Shown here in pieces: positions 13,650 to 25,879 of a stretch of 64,000 bases of DNA. Under the pieces are notes generated by a model. That model was not told where the DNA came from. It did no database searches and worked only from the letters and a program-made list of their open reading frames with translations. Each line of letters starts with the position of its first letter. Position 1 is the first letter of the stretch. The stretch is from Cystobasidiomycetes sp. EMM_F5 (lineage: Eukaryota). Location of the stretch: the NCBI GenBank assembly GCA_051047955.1, contig JBPGPT010000002.1:186001-250000 (forward strand), read 5' to 3'. The translations under genes and the position numbers were made by a program.

Positions 13650-14012
13650 TCCGAGCGGGCTTTTAGGCGTTCATCATTCGCTCATCCCTCATCTTCACTA
13701 ATGGAATAGGCACGTTTTTCGCCACGGGTATCCTTGGCAGAAAGCTCCAAAAGGATCTGGAACGTGCTAGGGGCGAAATGCACAGGAAGAGGGGCATAAG
13801 TCATTCTCCGCCTGTTCCCGAGTCTACAGAATGGCTGTGAGGGCCTGTATCCCACTCGAATTACGTTCTATGCTGACTCGGTTCGCTATCTTAGCAATGC
13901 ATTGTTTGCTGTCGTATGGCCTTTGATCGATCCGTCCTTGTTTGCCGCATCCGTCGTGGATATGGTCGAAGATATCATGCAGGCATCTCTTCCGAAGTTC
14001 GTCGATGCAGTC
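13650..14012 (+). pseudogene. Duplicated, disabled fragment of the Mug190-like gene (copy of 6367-6727)
   Basis: Direct repeat about 95% identical by hand alignment and including the intron. It carries a TGG>TAG change at 13664-13666, a 3-nt insertion and a 1-nt intron deletion. Confidence 0.92.
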
Positions 14013-15156
14013 ATATCCGCTTGTATATCGCTTTGATTGTGAAGTACGGTGAACAAACTGTCGACAATTCGTTGTACATATTCCTGCAAACCATTCTTCA
14101 ACCACAGATGGATGAGGGCGCTGCAGTGTGATACTTGCCCAGCCTGTCAGTATTTTTTTTCCGACGTTGTAATTCTTGAGACGTTGTAGATACCTGTCAT
14201 GGGCCTGCATAGATCGTTCCGAGCGATGTTGTCGGACTCTGACCATTGTTCAAGTTATTTGTTTTGAAAAGCTAGCATCCGAGCACTTGCTGCTGTCGTG
14301 ACGCATTAAGCTGATGTCTTGTCGTAGTGATGGCAGCGTCTTGCTTGGGACAGATTCTGCCGATAGTTAGCAGCATGCAGCAGCTCCATTGTACCATAAG
14401 AAAGCACGACCCGTATCAGTTCATTGTTAAGGCTAATCAAATTCGTTTGCATTCTCTGCTGTACAACTGTAGAATCGTTCTTTGTCCAGCACTAAAAGAT
14501 TGACCCAAAGCTGGGCAGATCGAGCCATCTTTGCCAGCGCAGTGCCTCAGTGAATACTGGCGCAGTATTGAGGCATGGTCAGCTTTATTGTCCTCCGGAC
14601 TGGAATGGCTTTTTGCGTAAGAGATTTATCGCTTTTACTCGAGGAAAGCTTGACAGATACCCCACAACGTACGTAGAGGATCGCCGGGATCAGCATCTCT
14701 GGCGTAGGCTGGCAATACTGACCTGCAGGCTGACGATTGTATGTCAGCATTCAATACATCAGTCAATTGACTACCTATGCAGTCAACCGCAAAAAAGAAG
14801 GAAGCTGCGCCGGGCAAACAATTGTATGCTTTCCCATAGGGTGATAGTGGTAAGAGTGTGTAGCCATCAGTACAGTCAGCATGCGTGTAGGAAGAATGTT
14901 TCGGTGGTGATCAGTGCATTTGGCAGACGTTCAAGTCGCTTAAATAGTTATTTCAGCGTAATAGATCTTCACAATCGAGACAAAAGGTTCCATAAGCGGA
15001 AAGAAACGTGAGTATCATTGAATAGTCCACGTCAGCTGCTCTTGTTCGCATCATTGTCTTTTTTTACCATGAATTGAAGATATCAAGGCATTTTTCCAAT
15101 TTTTCCAAAAAGACGAGGCGTCATATATGCTTTGGATTCCACCAGAATCAAGCGAA

Positions 15157-15229
15157 GTTTTGATAGCTCAGTTGGGAGAGCGTACGCCTGAAGAGCGTAA
15201 TGTCCTGTGTTCGAGCCACAGTCAGAACA
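15157..15229 (+). tRNA. tRNA-Phe (anticodon GAA), intronless
   Basis: Full cloverleaf: acceptor GTTTTGA/TCAGAAC, D-arm GCTC-AGTTGGGA-GAGC, anticodon arm TACGC-CTGAAGA-GCGTA, T-arm CTGTG-TTCGAGC-CACAG, discriminator A. A downstream T5 run lies at 15274-15278. Confidence 0.95.
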
Positions 15230-15715
15230 ATTCCTCAATCTTTTGAGCCTTTCCCGGCGATCCATCGAATGACTTTTTGGGCCTTTCTCTTCGAAAATCT
15301 GCACAAGAATAGCAGCGGAAGAAGTAGGACATTGAAAGCGCCGGAAAAGCAGCTTTGTCCGGAAACCTGCCAATTTTTCGCTGTGGAGACGAATTGAGCC
15401 GGAAAAAATCCAACAACCAGAGACGTGGACAGTAAGCATATCAAATGATTGTCCTCGTCATGGTCTGATTAACCATCCGTTTTAGAGTGGTTTGTAAGCT
15501 GCTTCACAAATTCGTTCATCCCGCATGGTCCAAGGACATTGACTCTACATTAACAAGTAACGAAACTACGCGTAAGCGCCTCGATGTTATACTAGATCTC
15601 CGTATTGCGTTACAACAGCTGATAGTTACGACAACACCGCCAGACGATATTCTGTATACTCTGTATGGAAAATCTCGATGCTCAAAGACCGAATACAGGC
15701 AGGACATGTTCATCC

Positions 15716-16510
15716 TTAAAGAGACACAAAGAAACCAGCCCCGAGCAAGAGAGTGACGGCCCAGGCAGCTTTGCCGTTGACGTGATACTTCTTGCCAGCA
15801 GAATTCTTCCCCTTGGTGTCGGAAGGCATAGGTAGGTCTGCGCTCCCAAGACTGCTCGACATGGCTGCATCGTCGCTGCCGTCGTCCGAGACCGATGTAA
15901 GTCCAGTACCAGTGACTTTGGCTGCAGAAGCGGTATCGGTACCGGTACCGCTCATGCTGGCAGAATCTGAAAGGCCAGACGCGGAGGAAGCAGAGCCACT
16001 TAACGACGCAGATCCTAAGTAATGCGTAAGCATACCATCAACGCTCAATTGATAGTCACGATTACTACTCACCAGCTGCACTTCCAACAGGCGAGGCATT
16101 GGCAGCGGCCAGACCTCCAGCAGCCAAGTACTCGGAAATGGACTGCAGTGCGGCAGAGTTGGAGGCATACAAGGAAGGATCAGCCGCCATATAAGCGCTG
16201 AGGAGTGTGGAGATGGCTGCTTTGGCATCGCCTGGATTTGCAGAGGCTACGATGGAAGACGCTGCTCCGACAAGACTGCTGACATCGCTAGCGGGTAGAC
16301 CACTTGCAGTCGCTGTTGCAGCAGGGCCGCTCATGATCGTAGTAGAACCCAACTGTGGGCTGCGACAGCTTGTCGTCGATAATGTCCTACGAGGTGTAAA
16401 TTAGCTCAGCTTAGATACTGCGCATCGGTGTATTCGGACCTACCATGTAACTCGGCGAGGTTGTTGCGAGCCATCAGCGGGTTGTGAGCGTTAAGAGCCA
16501 TGACAGGCAT
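15716..16510 (-). CDS. Ser/Ala/Thr-rich putative GPI-anchored surface protein (5' structure ambiguous, possibly decaying)
   Basis: Exons about 16510-16444, 16386-16069 and 16015-15716. S/A/T-rich body and a C-terminal GPI-like tail (NSAGKKYHVNGKAAWAVTLLLGAGFFVSL*). Confidence 0.6.
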
Positions 16511-17166
16511 GATGAGGCAATTGAGAACAGAGAGGATGGAACGGAGGGAGGATGCGGGCCCAAAGACGGAGTTAGGTGTAGAAACAAGACACGTAGGACA
16601 AGATGGCTGGATTAAATAGGGTTAGGAGACACATATCCCTGCTCGTAAATTTAAATCGCTCGTCTTCCGGCGCGAGACTGGACTTCGACCGGGTGGGTAT
16701 CCTCCGAGTGCCTTTGATGCACGAAGTCACTGTTTGGTACGTGGAAGATTTCCCACGGTTGAGCCTGCAGCATTAGGTATTCATTGTCGTTAGGGTATGG
16801 CCCCGCACGACCGAGGATATCCCATCTGCAGATTGCAGGCATATGTACTGTGCATGCCTTTTCTTTCACTTCGTCGGTATAAAGCAAGAGGCCTCGTTAG
16901 TAGTAGTGTTGTTGCAACGCAATGATATGCAATGCCCTGTCATGGTTAGCCTTCACATCAAGTTCGTCATAGGCGCGACGCAATTCGACCACCGTCAGAA
17001 CTTCGACTTGCGCACCGACTTCCGTCAGAGCGACCGTCTCGAATGCACTGAGGGCTATTAGCAGCTGCCGACTCCTTCGTCAAACCAGTTTTGCGGCAAC
17101 CCAGCCCCAGGCGCGACTATCCCTGCCAGCAAGGCAGCGAGCGCACCATCTTGTACGCAGGAAAGC

Positions 17167-20100
17167 ATGGCCGAGAACAACGAGAACGAGAGTCCGCACA
17201 TCAACGGCAGCAGTAGCGAGGCCGGCGTCGGTAGCAGTGTCGGGAATGCTCATCCACTGTATGGCAGCTCAGCCGAGGGCAGCAGCACATCTGCAAATGG
17301 CTTGACGAATGGCGAGGCCCTCATCTCCAGCAAGCCAGTCGCACCGCAGCCTGGGTCTTATGGACCTTCCAGTATGACTCCCTCAGCGCCTTTTGCCAAC
17401 GGAGCGCCGTCCAGCGCAATAACGACGAGTGCGACGAATCCAGCAGCACCGAATGCAAGAGAAGGGCAGACACCCGCAGCAAGTAATGCTACCGTTGGCA
17501 ACAAGAGTCAGTATTGTGGTTGCGTTTCACTGTATCTCTAGCCGCTTGAACTGATAGCTGCGGTCTCTGTGGCTCTTATATCGATATCTCTGGCGCGCGC
17601 TATTCGAACAACACGACTCCCCCTCGCTATCAATTCTTCAACGACATCACTCCATAATATCGCTGGACACTGCATTATTCGTAGGCGTGCTCGTCACAAA
17701 GCGGCCTCGTCCAGGAGCTGGATTACCACCGCCACTGTACAGTCCGCTCGGTGCGGCGTCCCCATCGCTGTCCAGCAACGCTCCATCTTTCCCGACAAAC
17801 GGAAACTCGTCCGGAACTTCGTCGACAGCTTCATCTACACCTCCCACTCCATCGGCAGGCGTGCATGATGCTAATTTTACCATCCGAGGCCAGCCAACCA
17901 TGCAAAACCCTACAGGACAATACATTTCCCCCCATCCCTCGCAGCAACCTCTCATTCCACCGCAACATCAGCAAACGCCGCAGTCTCTCCATCAGTCTCA
18001 AGGCAACAGCGGCCATCAGCAAGCAGTTTCTAATGGAGCTCCCAACAACGGAGCACCGACATCCTCCCAATACCCGTCACTTTACCTGCATCCTCTCAAC
18101 GAAACATTCATTCCAAAACAAATCTTATTAGCGCCTTGCGGACCTCATAATCGTATCAAGATTGGCAGACAGACCAATGCTAAGACTGTACCCGCACCAA
18201 ATAATGGCTACTTTGATTCCAAGGTCCTGTCGCGAATGCACGCCGAAGTATGGTGCGAAGGCAACAAGGTCTATATCAAGGACGTAAAATCATCAAACGG
18301 TACCTTCATAAATGGTGAAAGGCTATCGCAAGAAGCTGTCGAATCGGATGTGTTTGAGCTTCACAGCAATGACATGGTAGAGTTTGGGATTGATATTACC
18401 TCTGAAGATGGTAAGACTATTGTACATCACAAAGTAGCTGCACGCATCTACCTTGTCATGAACGCGGAGGACGGAGTGGCAGCATCCCGGTACGGCAGTG
18501 TGTCTTCGTTTGGAAGCCTTGCATCGACTGAATCCTACATCTTGTAGCAATTTCTCAAATTACTACCGCGAAATGGGCGAGTCGCCATTGCACAGACGAC
18601 CCGGTCTCCCTGGCAGCAAAATGAACAATGGCGGAATGAACCTCGATCAAGTGTTGAATCGACTGCAGGTCAGTCTGACGATGGGTTTGGGTCGCGATCG
18701 TCAGCTTACACGGGATGGTGTTTAGACGGAGCTACAAAAGTCGAGGGAAACCGGTGCAGAACTTGGCTCGCTGACGACCATGATTGGTGAGATACATGAA
18801 ACCCTCGATGGGAACGTTCCAGGTCCTCCGCTACCTGCATATCGCGTGCCTCCCTATATTCCGCCCAATCCCAACGCTCCACCCTCGCCGCAGCAACAGC
18901 ATTTACAAGCTCAACAGCAGACGCAACAACTGCTTTCACAATTGCAAAGTCAGCTGCAAGACACTCAGAATGCGCTCAATGTTCATGTAGAGCGCATAAA
19001 GAACCTTGAGACGCTCCTTGGTGAACAAGACAGGATGAAGTCTGAACTTAAGGAAGTTCGCGACCGTATGGAAGACGCACGAGCAGAACTTGATCGCCTC
19101 AAAACAAGTCGCGAATCGACTAGTATCGACCAAGACGATGACGAATCTTCGGAAAAGGATGACTTTGATGAACTCGACCTAGACAACGCTAAGCCAGCCT
19201 GGCAGGGGCCGCAGTCAGTTGATCGGTACACGAAGACAGAAGATTCGAATGCCTCAGGAAGCGATGAAGCTTCCAGCCGCGATATAGAGACGTTGCTGGC
19301 CGTTCAAAATCGTATGGACGAGGAGCAAGTCTCGCTGGTAGAACGAGTCGACGCAATGTCGGCGGAGTTTTCGAAGGCATTCCAATTGAGTTCTTCGCTA
19401 CGAACTGAACACGGCGAGGCAGCGTCCACGATCCGGGCGTTGGAGAGCAAAGTCAGCGAACTTGAGCGAGCTCTACAGCGTCAAACCGAGGCTGCTACAC
19501 AAGCGCACAGCCCGCCCGAAGCCGACGACATCGCAACGAGCGCATCTTTGTTGACCCGGGATGACATACTAAAAGAAATCGAAACCAAGTTTTCAATCTG
19601 GAAGAAGACATTCGAAGATGCTGCGCAAAAAGAGCGTCAAAGCTGGGAAGAAGAGAGGGAGCGCCTCCGACTCAACATGCAGGAGTGGAAGCAGCGATCT
19701 GCACCTGTCCCTTCGACGTCTGCAGCCCCACTGCGCAAGAAGCGGCGAAGTAAGGCTTCTACTGTTAGCACTGCCTCGACCGATGAATCCTCCACTTTGA
19801 GCGAGCACGAGCACAGTGATGATCCTGGCTTCACGTCGCCCGTAACTGATGACTCGGGCGGCCTTGCGCAAGAAAAGTCAGACTATGCATCAGACATGCC
19901 GAAGAGGCCGAGATCAAGACGGCGCAGACGTGCCCCGGATTCGATCTCTGCAGGTTCTTCAGGCTCCGCTCGGGATGTGTCGGAGTCTCGAGATACGATT
20001 TCAGCTCCCACTGGTGGGAGTGCTATCACGCGAAGGCAATCGTGGATACCCTTCGGAAGAAGCTTATCCAACATGCACGAAGCAGGCGTACCTGCTCGCG

Positions 20101-20309
20101 CGTCTGACAAGCACAAGTTGCCGAGGAGCTTAAAGGGTAGCGATTCCTCTATTCTGGAAGTGAGTATCACGATCATATTTCTGAGCTTGTATTCGTTGCT
20201 GAGATATGGGATTTGTCAACAGCACCCTGCTCTGCCAATAGTGTCAGCGGCGGGCATAGTCGTTATTGGCTATTTAGCCTATGCGACCATTATGCAGCAC
20301 CAGAAGTAG
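17167..20309 (+). CDS. FHA-domain, coiled-coil, tail-anchored protein (Far9/Vps64/Far10; SLMAP-like STRIPAK subunit)
   Basis: FHA motifs IKIGRQTNAKT...NGYFDSKVLSRMHAEVW...IKDVKSSNGTFINGERLS...VEFGIDI...HHKV. Long coiled coil and a C-terminal TM segment (IVSAAGIVVIGYLAYA). Confidence 0.9.
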
Positions 20310-20580
20310 CAGTGTAACGAGGCTGTAGCTTTAGCGCATGACGGACCCACGAACTCGGTCGCAGGGCGATTTGTTTGGAAAAGGTGTGACAATATTGTCA
20401 AAAGATTGGGCTCGTGCAAAGATGGCCTGGGCGCAGGAGTGTGCTTCGCAAGCCGGCTTTATGTTTCTCTTCAGAATTAACCGTCGAAGCTTGATCGACT
20501 AAAGACTGGACAATACACATTTTCCCCGCCCAAATATTGACACTATGTGCAGTAACAGCGACTGTGCTTCAACTGACGGT

Positions 20581-23158
20581 TTACCCTGTAGACGGCATGT
20601 CGTTAGTACTATGAGAGGTACATGATCGCCAGCGCTTACAAGAATATCTGAAATCCGGGTGGTGGTAACCCAAGACACCTGCATCAAGTTCTTCCTTGGT
20701 GTAGCCTTCGAGCCTATGGTCACGCTTGCCTGCCTTGCGTTGACGGTTCTGGGAAATGAACACCGCGCATCAGCCAAACAGAATCGATTTGTAACAGTAT
20801 CAAGCTACATACCTCCCACAGGCAGTAGAACATTGTGATTGCCGAGAAGGAAATGACCAAGATGACGAAAACCAGATTGATGCGGTTACCCTGCAGAAGC
20901 CATCATTGTTAGCGGATCTGTACTCCAAAGAGCGAGAATATCGCTTACAATTGGGTACGCGGGAGCATCATCCGGAAGCTGTTGTAAGAGTAAGGTACGT
21001 TAGCCATTCATTCATTACTTTTTGCCTAAGCAAGCGTACGTAAACCCAGGTTGCAACTGTTTGTGGTGAAGCGTGTCAGTTAGTTTGGCCTCGAAAATCA
21101 CGTTGTGAGGTGGAACGTACTGATCGAACCAGCAGAGCCAAAGCCTGGGATGAAACCACCAGCGACGGCTCTTTCGTTGTCTGTAGCGCAATTGTTGAGA
21201 CCCCAAGCGAGGAAGAAGGGGCCAACCGGGACTGAATGATTCCATACTGTCAGAGTCGGGAAACGATAGAATCAAAGGCTAACACTCACACATGGCGACG
21301 ACGATGAGGAAGAGGGCAGCATATCTTGCCGAGTACATGGTGGTATTGGTTGCAATGAGGATAATGTAACCAATGAGACCCATTGGTACAGTGCACAGAA
21401 GGAACAATCCACGACGGTCGAATCTGTCAGACATGTAGGCGACCGAAAGACCCCAGATGAAGCCAACAGCGTCTGCAAAGGGGGTCAGATCTGCACATAT
21501 ACGCTTATCAAGTGATGTAAACGTACAAGGTGGAACTGTGCGGAGCTGAAGTGGGACGGTATCCAGAGTGGGGTAGATTCCCTTTACCACGAGCGGCAAG
21601 AAGAGCGAAAGACCTTGAACTGCAGTCGACGAACCACGTAAGATTATCTCCAAAACCTGAACGATCAAGAAAATTACCAGCTACGTTGTTGCAAGCGAAA
21701 CCGAGACCGCAGAGCCACATCTAGTGCGAAAGTGGGATTCAGCATATGAGAGGAGCAGGGCAGTTTTTCCAAGCATACCGAAAGACTCTTGAACTGGCGT
21801 TGTACGGCTCCCTTTTTGGCACTCTCATCCTTCAAGATGAGACGGGCAGAGGACTCGTGTTGAATACGCAAGACAGCCAGATCTAGCAAGGGAACTTTTA
21901 GTATCCCTTCCTGCGCCGAATGAATAATCGTAACCTACTCTTCTGTTCCTGGCTGAGCCATTTGGCACCCTCAATAGTCGATGGGATGATCAGATAAGCG
22001 ATAATGCCTGTGTACCGCCGGGATGATGAGACGGAAGCTCTTGTGGAGGAAAAAGCGGTTCCTGCTTACTGATAACACAGGTGATGACACCTTCGAATAT
22101 GAAGATGTTTCTCCATGGATTGCCAATGTTTCCTACTTTGCCGATACCGAGGAAACCAGAAGCGAGGAGACCTGTTTGATGGAGCTTGAGCCAAAGTCGC
22201 GAGAAAGTCAACGAGAATGGACTCACCGCCAAAAGCGCCTGATAGGGACGAGCACGAGAGCAAGATGGCAATTCGGAAGACGAGCTCTTGTCTCTTGTAG
22301 AATCGACTGAGAACGAGTGCGAGTGCGGGCAGTACACCTCCTTCAGCCAGACCGAGAGCGATTCTGACACCGAGGAAGCCCCCCTGAATGCAGTGGAATC
22401 TCTCAGTCTGTGTGACAGCAACTCCGAACCGCGCGCTTATGCTCACAAAGTTTTGAATGAACCCTGTTGCAAGGGAAACGACACCGAATGCAAAAATCTG
22501 TAGAGGAATCCAGTTTCCTGCTCCGATGAGCTTGCACCTGAGTGGGGAAGTGTCGCGTCAGAAAGGTGCGAAATACTGTACCGGTGTTGCTTACATTATA
22601 TTGGAGACAATCTCCCATGATCCGTAAAAGAGGTCTGTTTTGTACGCTTGATCAGCGTGCCTGTCTGGACTCGCATACTAGGTACCTACAGAAGACAGTG
22701 AGGCCAATGTTGTACTGGAAGCCAACCAAGCCCAAGTCGGTATTGAGTCCGGCTGAACGGGCATTACCGATATTTGTTCGGTCGATAAAGGTCTGCACGG
22801 GGATCAAGTCAGATGATTGGAAGATGCGATCGGCGAGAGGCAGGGCAGAAGTATCCTCACAATCAGATAACACAGATACGCGATTGGCATGAGGTATAGA
22901 TCGATCCGGCGGGTCAGTTTTCGCTCCTCCTCCTTGTCGATGTGCGCGCTGGAAAAGGCAGAAAAAGGCAGACGAAAAGATCAGGTTCCGTGCAGCAGGT
23001 GCTGATTCCAAAGAAGCTAGGCAGACTGACCGCACTGCGAGGTCGGGGTGCTCGATGAGGTCCTTGTCGCCAACGTTGGCCGTGTCTGGGGTGGGCGACT
23101 GCTCGAGCTCGGCGGCGCTGGGCTTGTCTTCGAGTTCATAGTCGCGGTGGGCTGACAT
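20581..23158 (-). CDS. MFS transporter, anion:cation symporter (Dal5/Tna1-like) family
   Basis: Spliced motifs ERKLTRRIDLYLMP, FIDRTNIGNAR.AGL..DLGL, LGLAEGG..P, FYKRQE, SGAFGG, WRNIFIFEG, SDRFDRRG. C-terminus HPDFRYSW*. Confidence 0.9.
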
Positions 23159-23753
23159 GGTGGGCTTCTTGGTGGAGAGTGTGAGCAGGGACAATGCAGA
23201 GGAGAGGAGAGCAGAGCAGAGCAAGGTGGACGTGCGGAGTTTCTCGCCAGTCTGAGTCTGGGGAAAGAGGGGACACTGCGGACGGGCCAGCAGACGGTGC
23301 TGCCGTTTTCCCTCTCCCTCTGCAGCTCCGGGAGAATGGCCGCGCATTCCTCCGGGCTCCTCCAGCGACAATAGAAAGGCCGGGACCTGCCAAGGCACAC
23401 CGCAGTTTCAGTTTACGCGGAGCGGGGTTGGGCGTGGGCACTATATTTAGCCAGACGCAGGATGCAGGAGCAGCAGTTGCGAGGTGTGTACGTTGTATGC
23501 ACAGCGACAATGCGAACAGCGAGTATACGGCGATTGAACGCACAAGCAATCAGAGCTGCAAATCGGATGCTGTGGCAATTACAAGGCCTGGACTCGTGCC
23601 TGGCAAACTTCATTGACAATTGCTTTTCAACTGCTGAGCGACCACAGCACGTATTGTATTGTGGACCGGTCACATCCTTCCATGAATGACCTTGCTTGCT
23701 GACTTTCAACATACATACATTGAGCTGCTACATACACGATTACATTTCCTCGC

Positions 23754-25486
23754 CTACATAGGGTAGTGCGCGTGGGGAATGTTGACCGAAATGGTGCGCG
23801 TGGTCGTGAACTCGCGAAGCCCCTCAATGCCGTTGAAGCGACCAAATCCGCCTGTGCGTGTACGGGTCAGCCGTCATCATCAGACGTCGTTTAGTCGTCA
23901 CTCACTATTCTTGAGGCCGCCGTGCGGACAGACCGTCCTGTCAGAGACTGGTAGAGTGACTGCTTAGACAATTGCAGTAAAGACGGCAAACTCCGAACCT
24001 ACCAGTTGGCCCGTTGATATGGACCTGACCAGCCTCGATCTGACTGGCTACCTCGAGACACTCTCGCTCGTCTGATCCAAATACCGACGCACTGAGGCCG
24101 TATTCCGATTGATTCGACAATCTGATGGCTTCTTCAACGTCCTTGTACCGTGTCACAGTCATAGCTGGTCCAAAGATTTCTTCCGAATAGATTCGCATCT
24201 CTGGCGTGGTGCCTTCAATCATGACTGGCTGAATCACAGACTTGTCCGTCTTGGCTTGACCAGCAACAACTTTGGCTCCCTTGTCAAGAGCTTCCTGTAT
24301 CATTCCCGTGATCCTCTTTGCCGAGTTGTCATTGAAGACCCCGCGATTGCCAGTGAGTGTTTCCGGTTGTGCAGCAGCTGGCCGAGTTGCCATATGTTTG
24401 TGCATGATGGCGATAAACTCGTCGGCTATCGACTCGTGAACGAGGAGTATATCGGAAGACATGCAAATCTGACCGGAATTCAGGAAGGATCCAAACATGC
24501 AAGACACTGCCGCGACCTCCAAATCTGCATTGGGGAGGATAATGACGGGCGCCTTGCCGCCCAGTTCTAGCGTGACAGGCTTGATGTGTTTGGCACAAAC
24601 TACGCCAATCTTGCGTCCGACCAGCGTAGAACCAGTAAAGTTGACTTTGCGAACGGCAGGATGTGCGATGACAAGTTCACAGAGGGGAGGAGCATCTTGA
24701 GGCGACATGTGAATCAGATTGAGCACTCCGGCTGGCAAGCCAGCGTCCATAAACAGCTTCATTCCAAAAAGGTGGGCTTTGGGAGAATATTCAGACGTCT
24801 TCAGTACCACAGTATTGCCGGCCATGATTGCGCTGGTGTAGGCACGCAAGCTAAGGATGAGCGACGCATTCCATGCTTATTGGGACAGGAGATTGTGAGC
24901 TTGAAAGAGCAGTATCACGAGCATCTCGAGACTTACGAGCAATACCAAACACTACACCATAAGGGATTCGTTCTATGTAAGAACGTGTGCCATGTTCGAT
25001 TGGAGCGATAGATCCGGTAAGTGCTGTAGCCAACGACGCCGTTTCATCAAGAGCTTCGGCGGCAATATCCACATTCTTGGATGCCCAGAACTTGCTCGAC
25101 GTAGTCTCCTCAAACGCAAGCTGTATAAACTCGTCGCGACGTTCGAGCATCAGTTGATGTGCGCGCTGGAAGATCTTGCGACGACCGAGAGGCGAGTAGT
25201 TTTTCCATGTCTGAAAAGCTTTTGCAGCGCTCTCTATTGCTCGGCGCGCAATGTCCGGCGTAGCAGAGTTGACATTGTACTAGAGTGGGAAAATGGACGG
25301 TGTTTTTCAGAAGTCAGCAATTTCCGACACGAGAAGCGCATCTGACGAGAGCACGACCCAACACACCTTATGCTCCCCGGTGTGAGGGTCAGCGAGGGAA
25401 AATGTATTGCTCTTGTCACCAACCGGCTGGTTGTCGATGATACAAGGAACAGGATCTAGGGAAAGCAGGTCGATGGAAGCGGTCAT
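23754..25486 (-). CDS. NAD(P)+-dependent aldehyde dehydrogenase, salicylaldehyde/vanillin dehydrogenase-like
   Basis: Motifs PYGVVFGIA-PWNA, GNTVVLKTSE.SP, NFTGST.VG, ELGGK, catalytic Cys in GQICMS, EEIFGP, YGLSASVF, GQVHINGPT and PHGG.K.SG.GRFNG. Confidence 0.9.
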
Positions 25487-25720
25487 GGTGAACAGCTGCA
25501 AATGGGGCTTCTGGTCACAATCTCGAAGTGCAGGAGGGCTTGACAGACCAAAAAGACAACTTCCACAGCGGTAGACAGGTTGGGTGTGCAGTAGCCGGCC
25601 CAGCGGCGCACTTACGAGCTTACCTTACTTGGTAATATTGCGGCGGAAAAATGCCCAATCAAAAGGCCGTTAGACTTGCGGGCGAGAAATCTTTCTAAGA
25701 GTAGCAAAGTCCACATTTTT

Positions 25721-25788
25721 CCGGAGTTTGGCTGGGTTGCCGAAGTTCACAACGGCACAATCCACGACCAAAACTCCGGTGGGTTGCC
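25721..25788. promoter_or_regulatory. Inverted CGG-containing motif pair in the divergent ALDH/ThDP-enzyme promoter (candidate Zn2Cys6 site)
   Basis: CCGGAGTTTGG (25721-25731) and CCAAAACTCCGG (25768-25779) are near-perfect reverse complements. Each is followed by TGGGTTGCC (25733-25741 and 25780-25788). Confidence 0.4.
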
Positions 25789-25879
25789 AGCTTGCTGATT
25801 TCAAAGTGCTCGGCCTGCCCGCAGTCATTCCTGCGACTTCAACTCCCGACGATTCCGTACACCTGCTCCACCCTTCACC

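Noticed and set aside
22900..23440. GC-rich 5' end of the MFS gene with a GCAGA microsatellite, suggesting foreign origin
   Set aside because: Similar GC-rich upstream regions occur at ZDS1 and CRM1, and the gene splices cleanly, so there is no independent evidence of transfer or chimerism.
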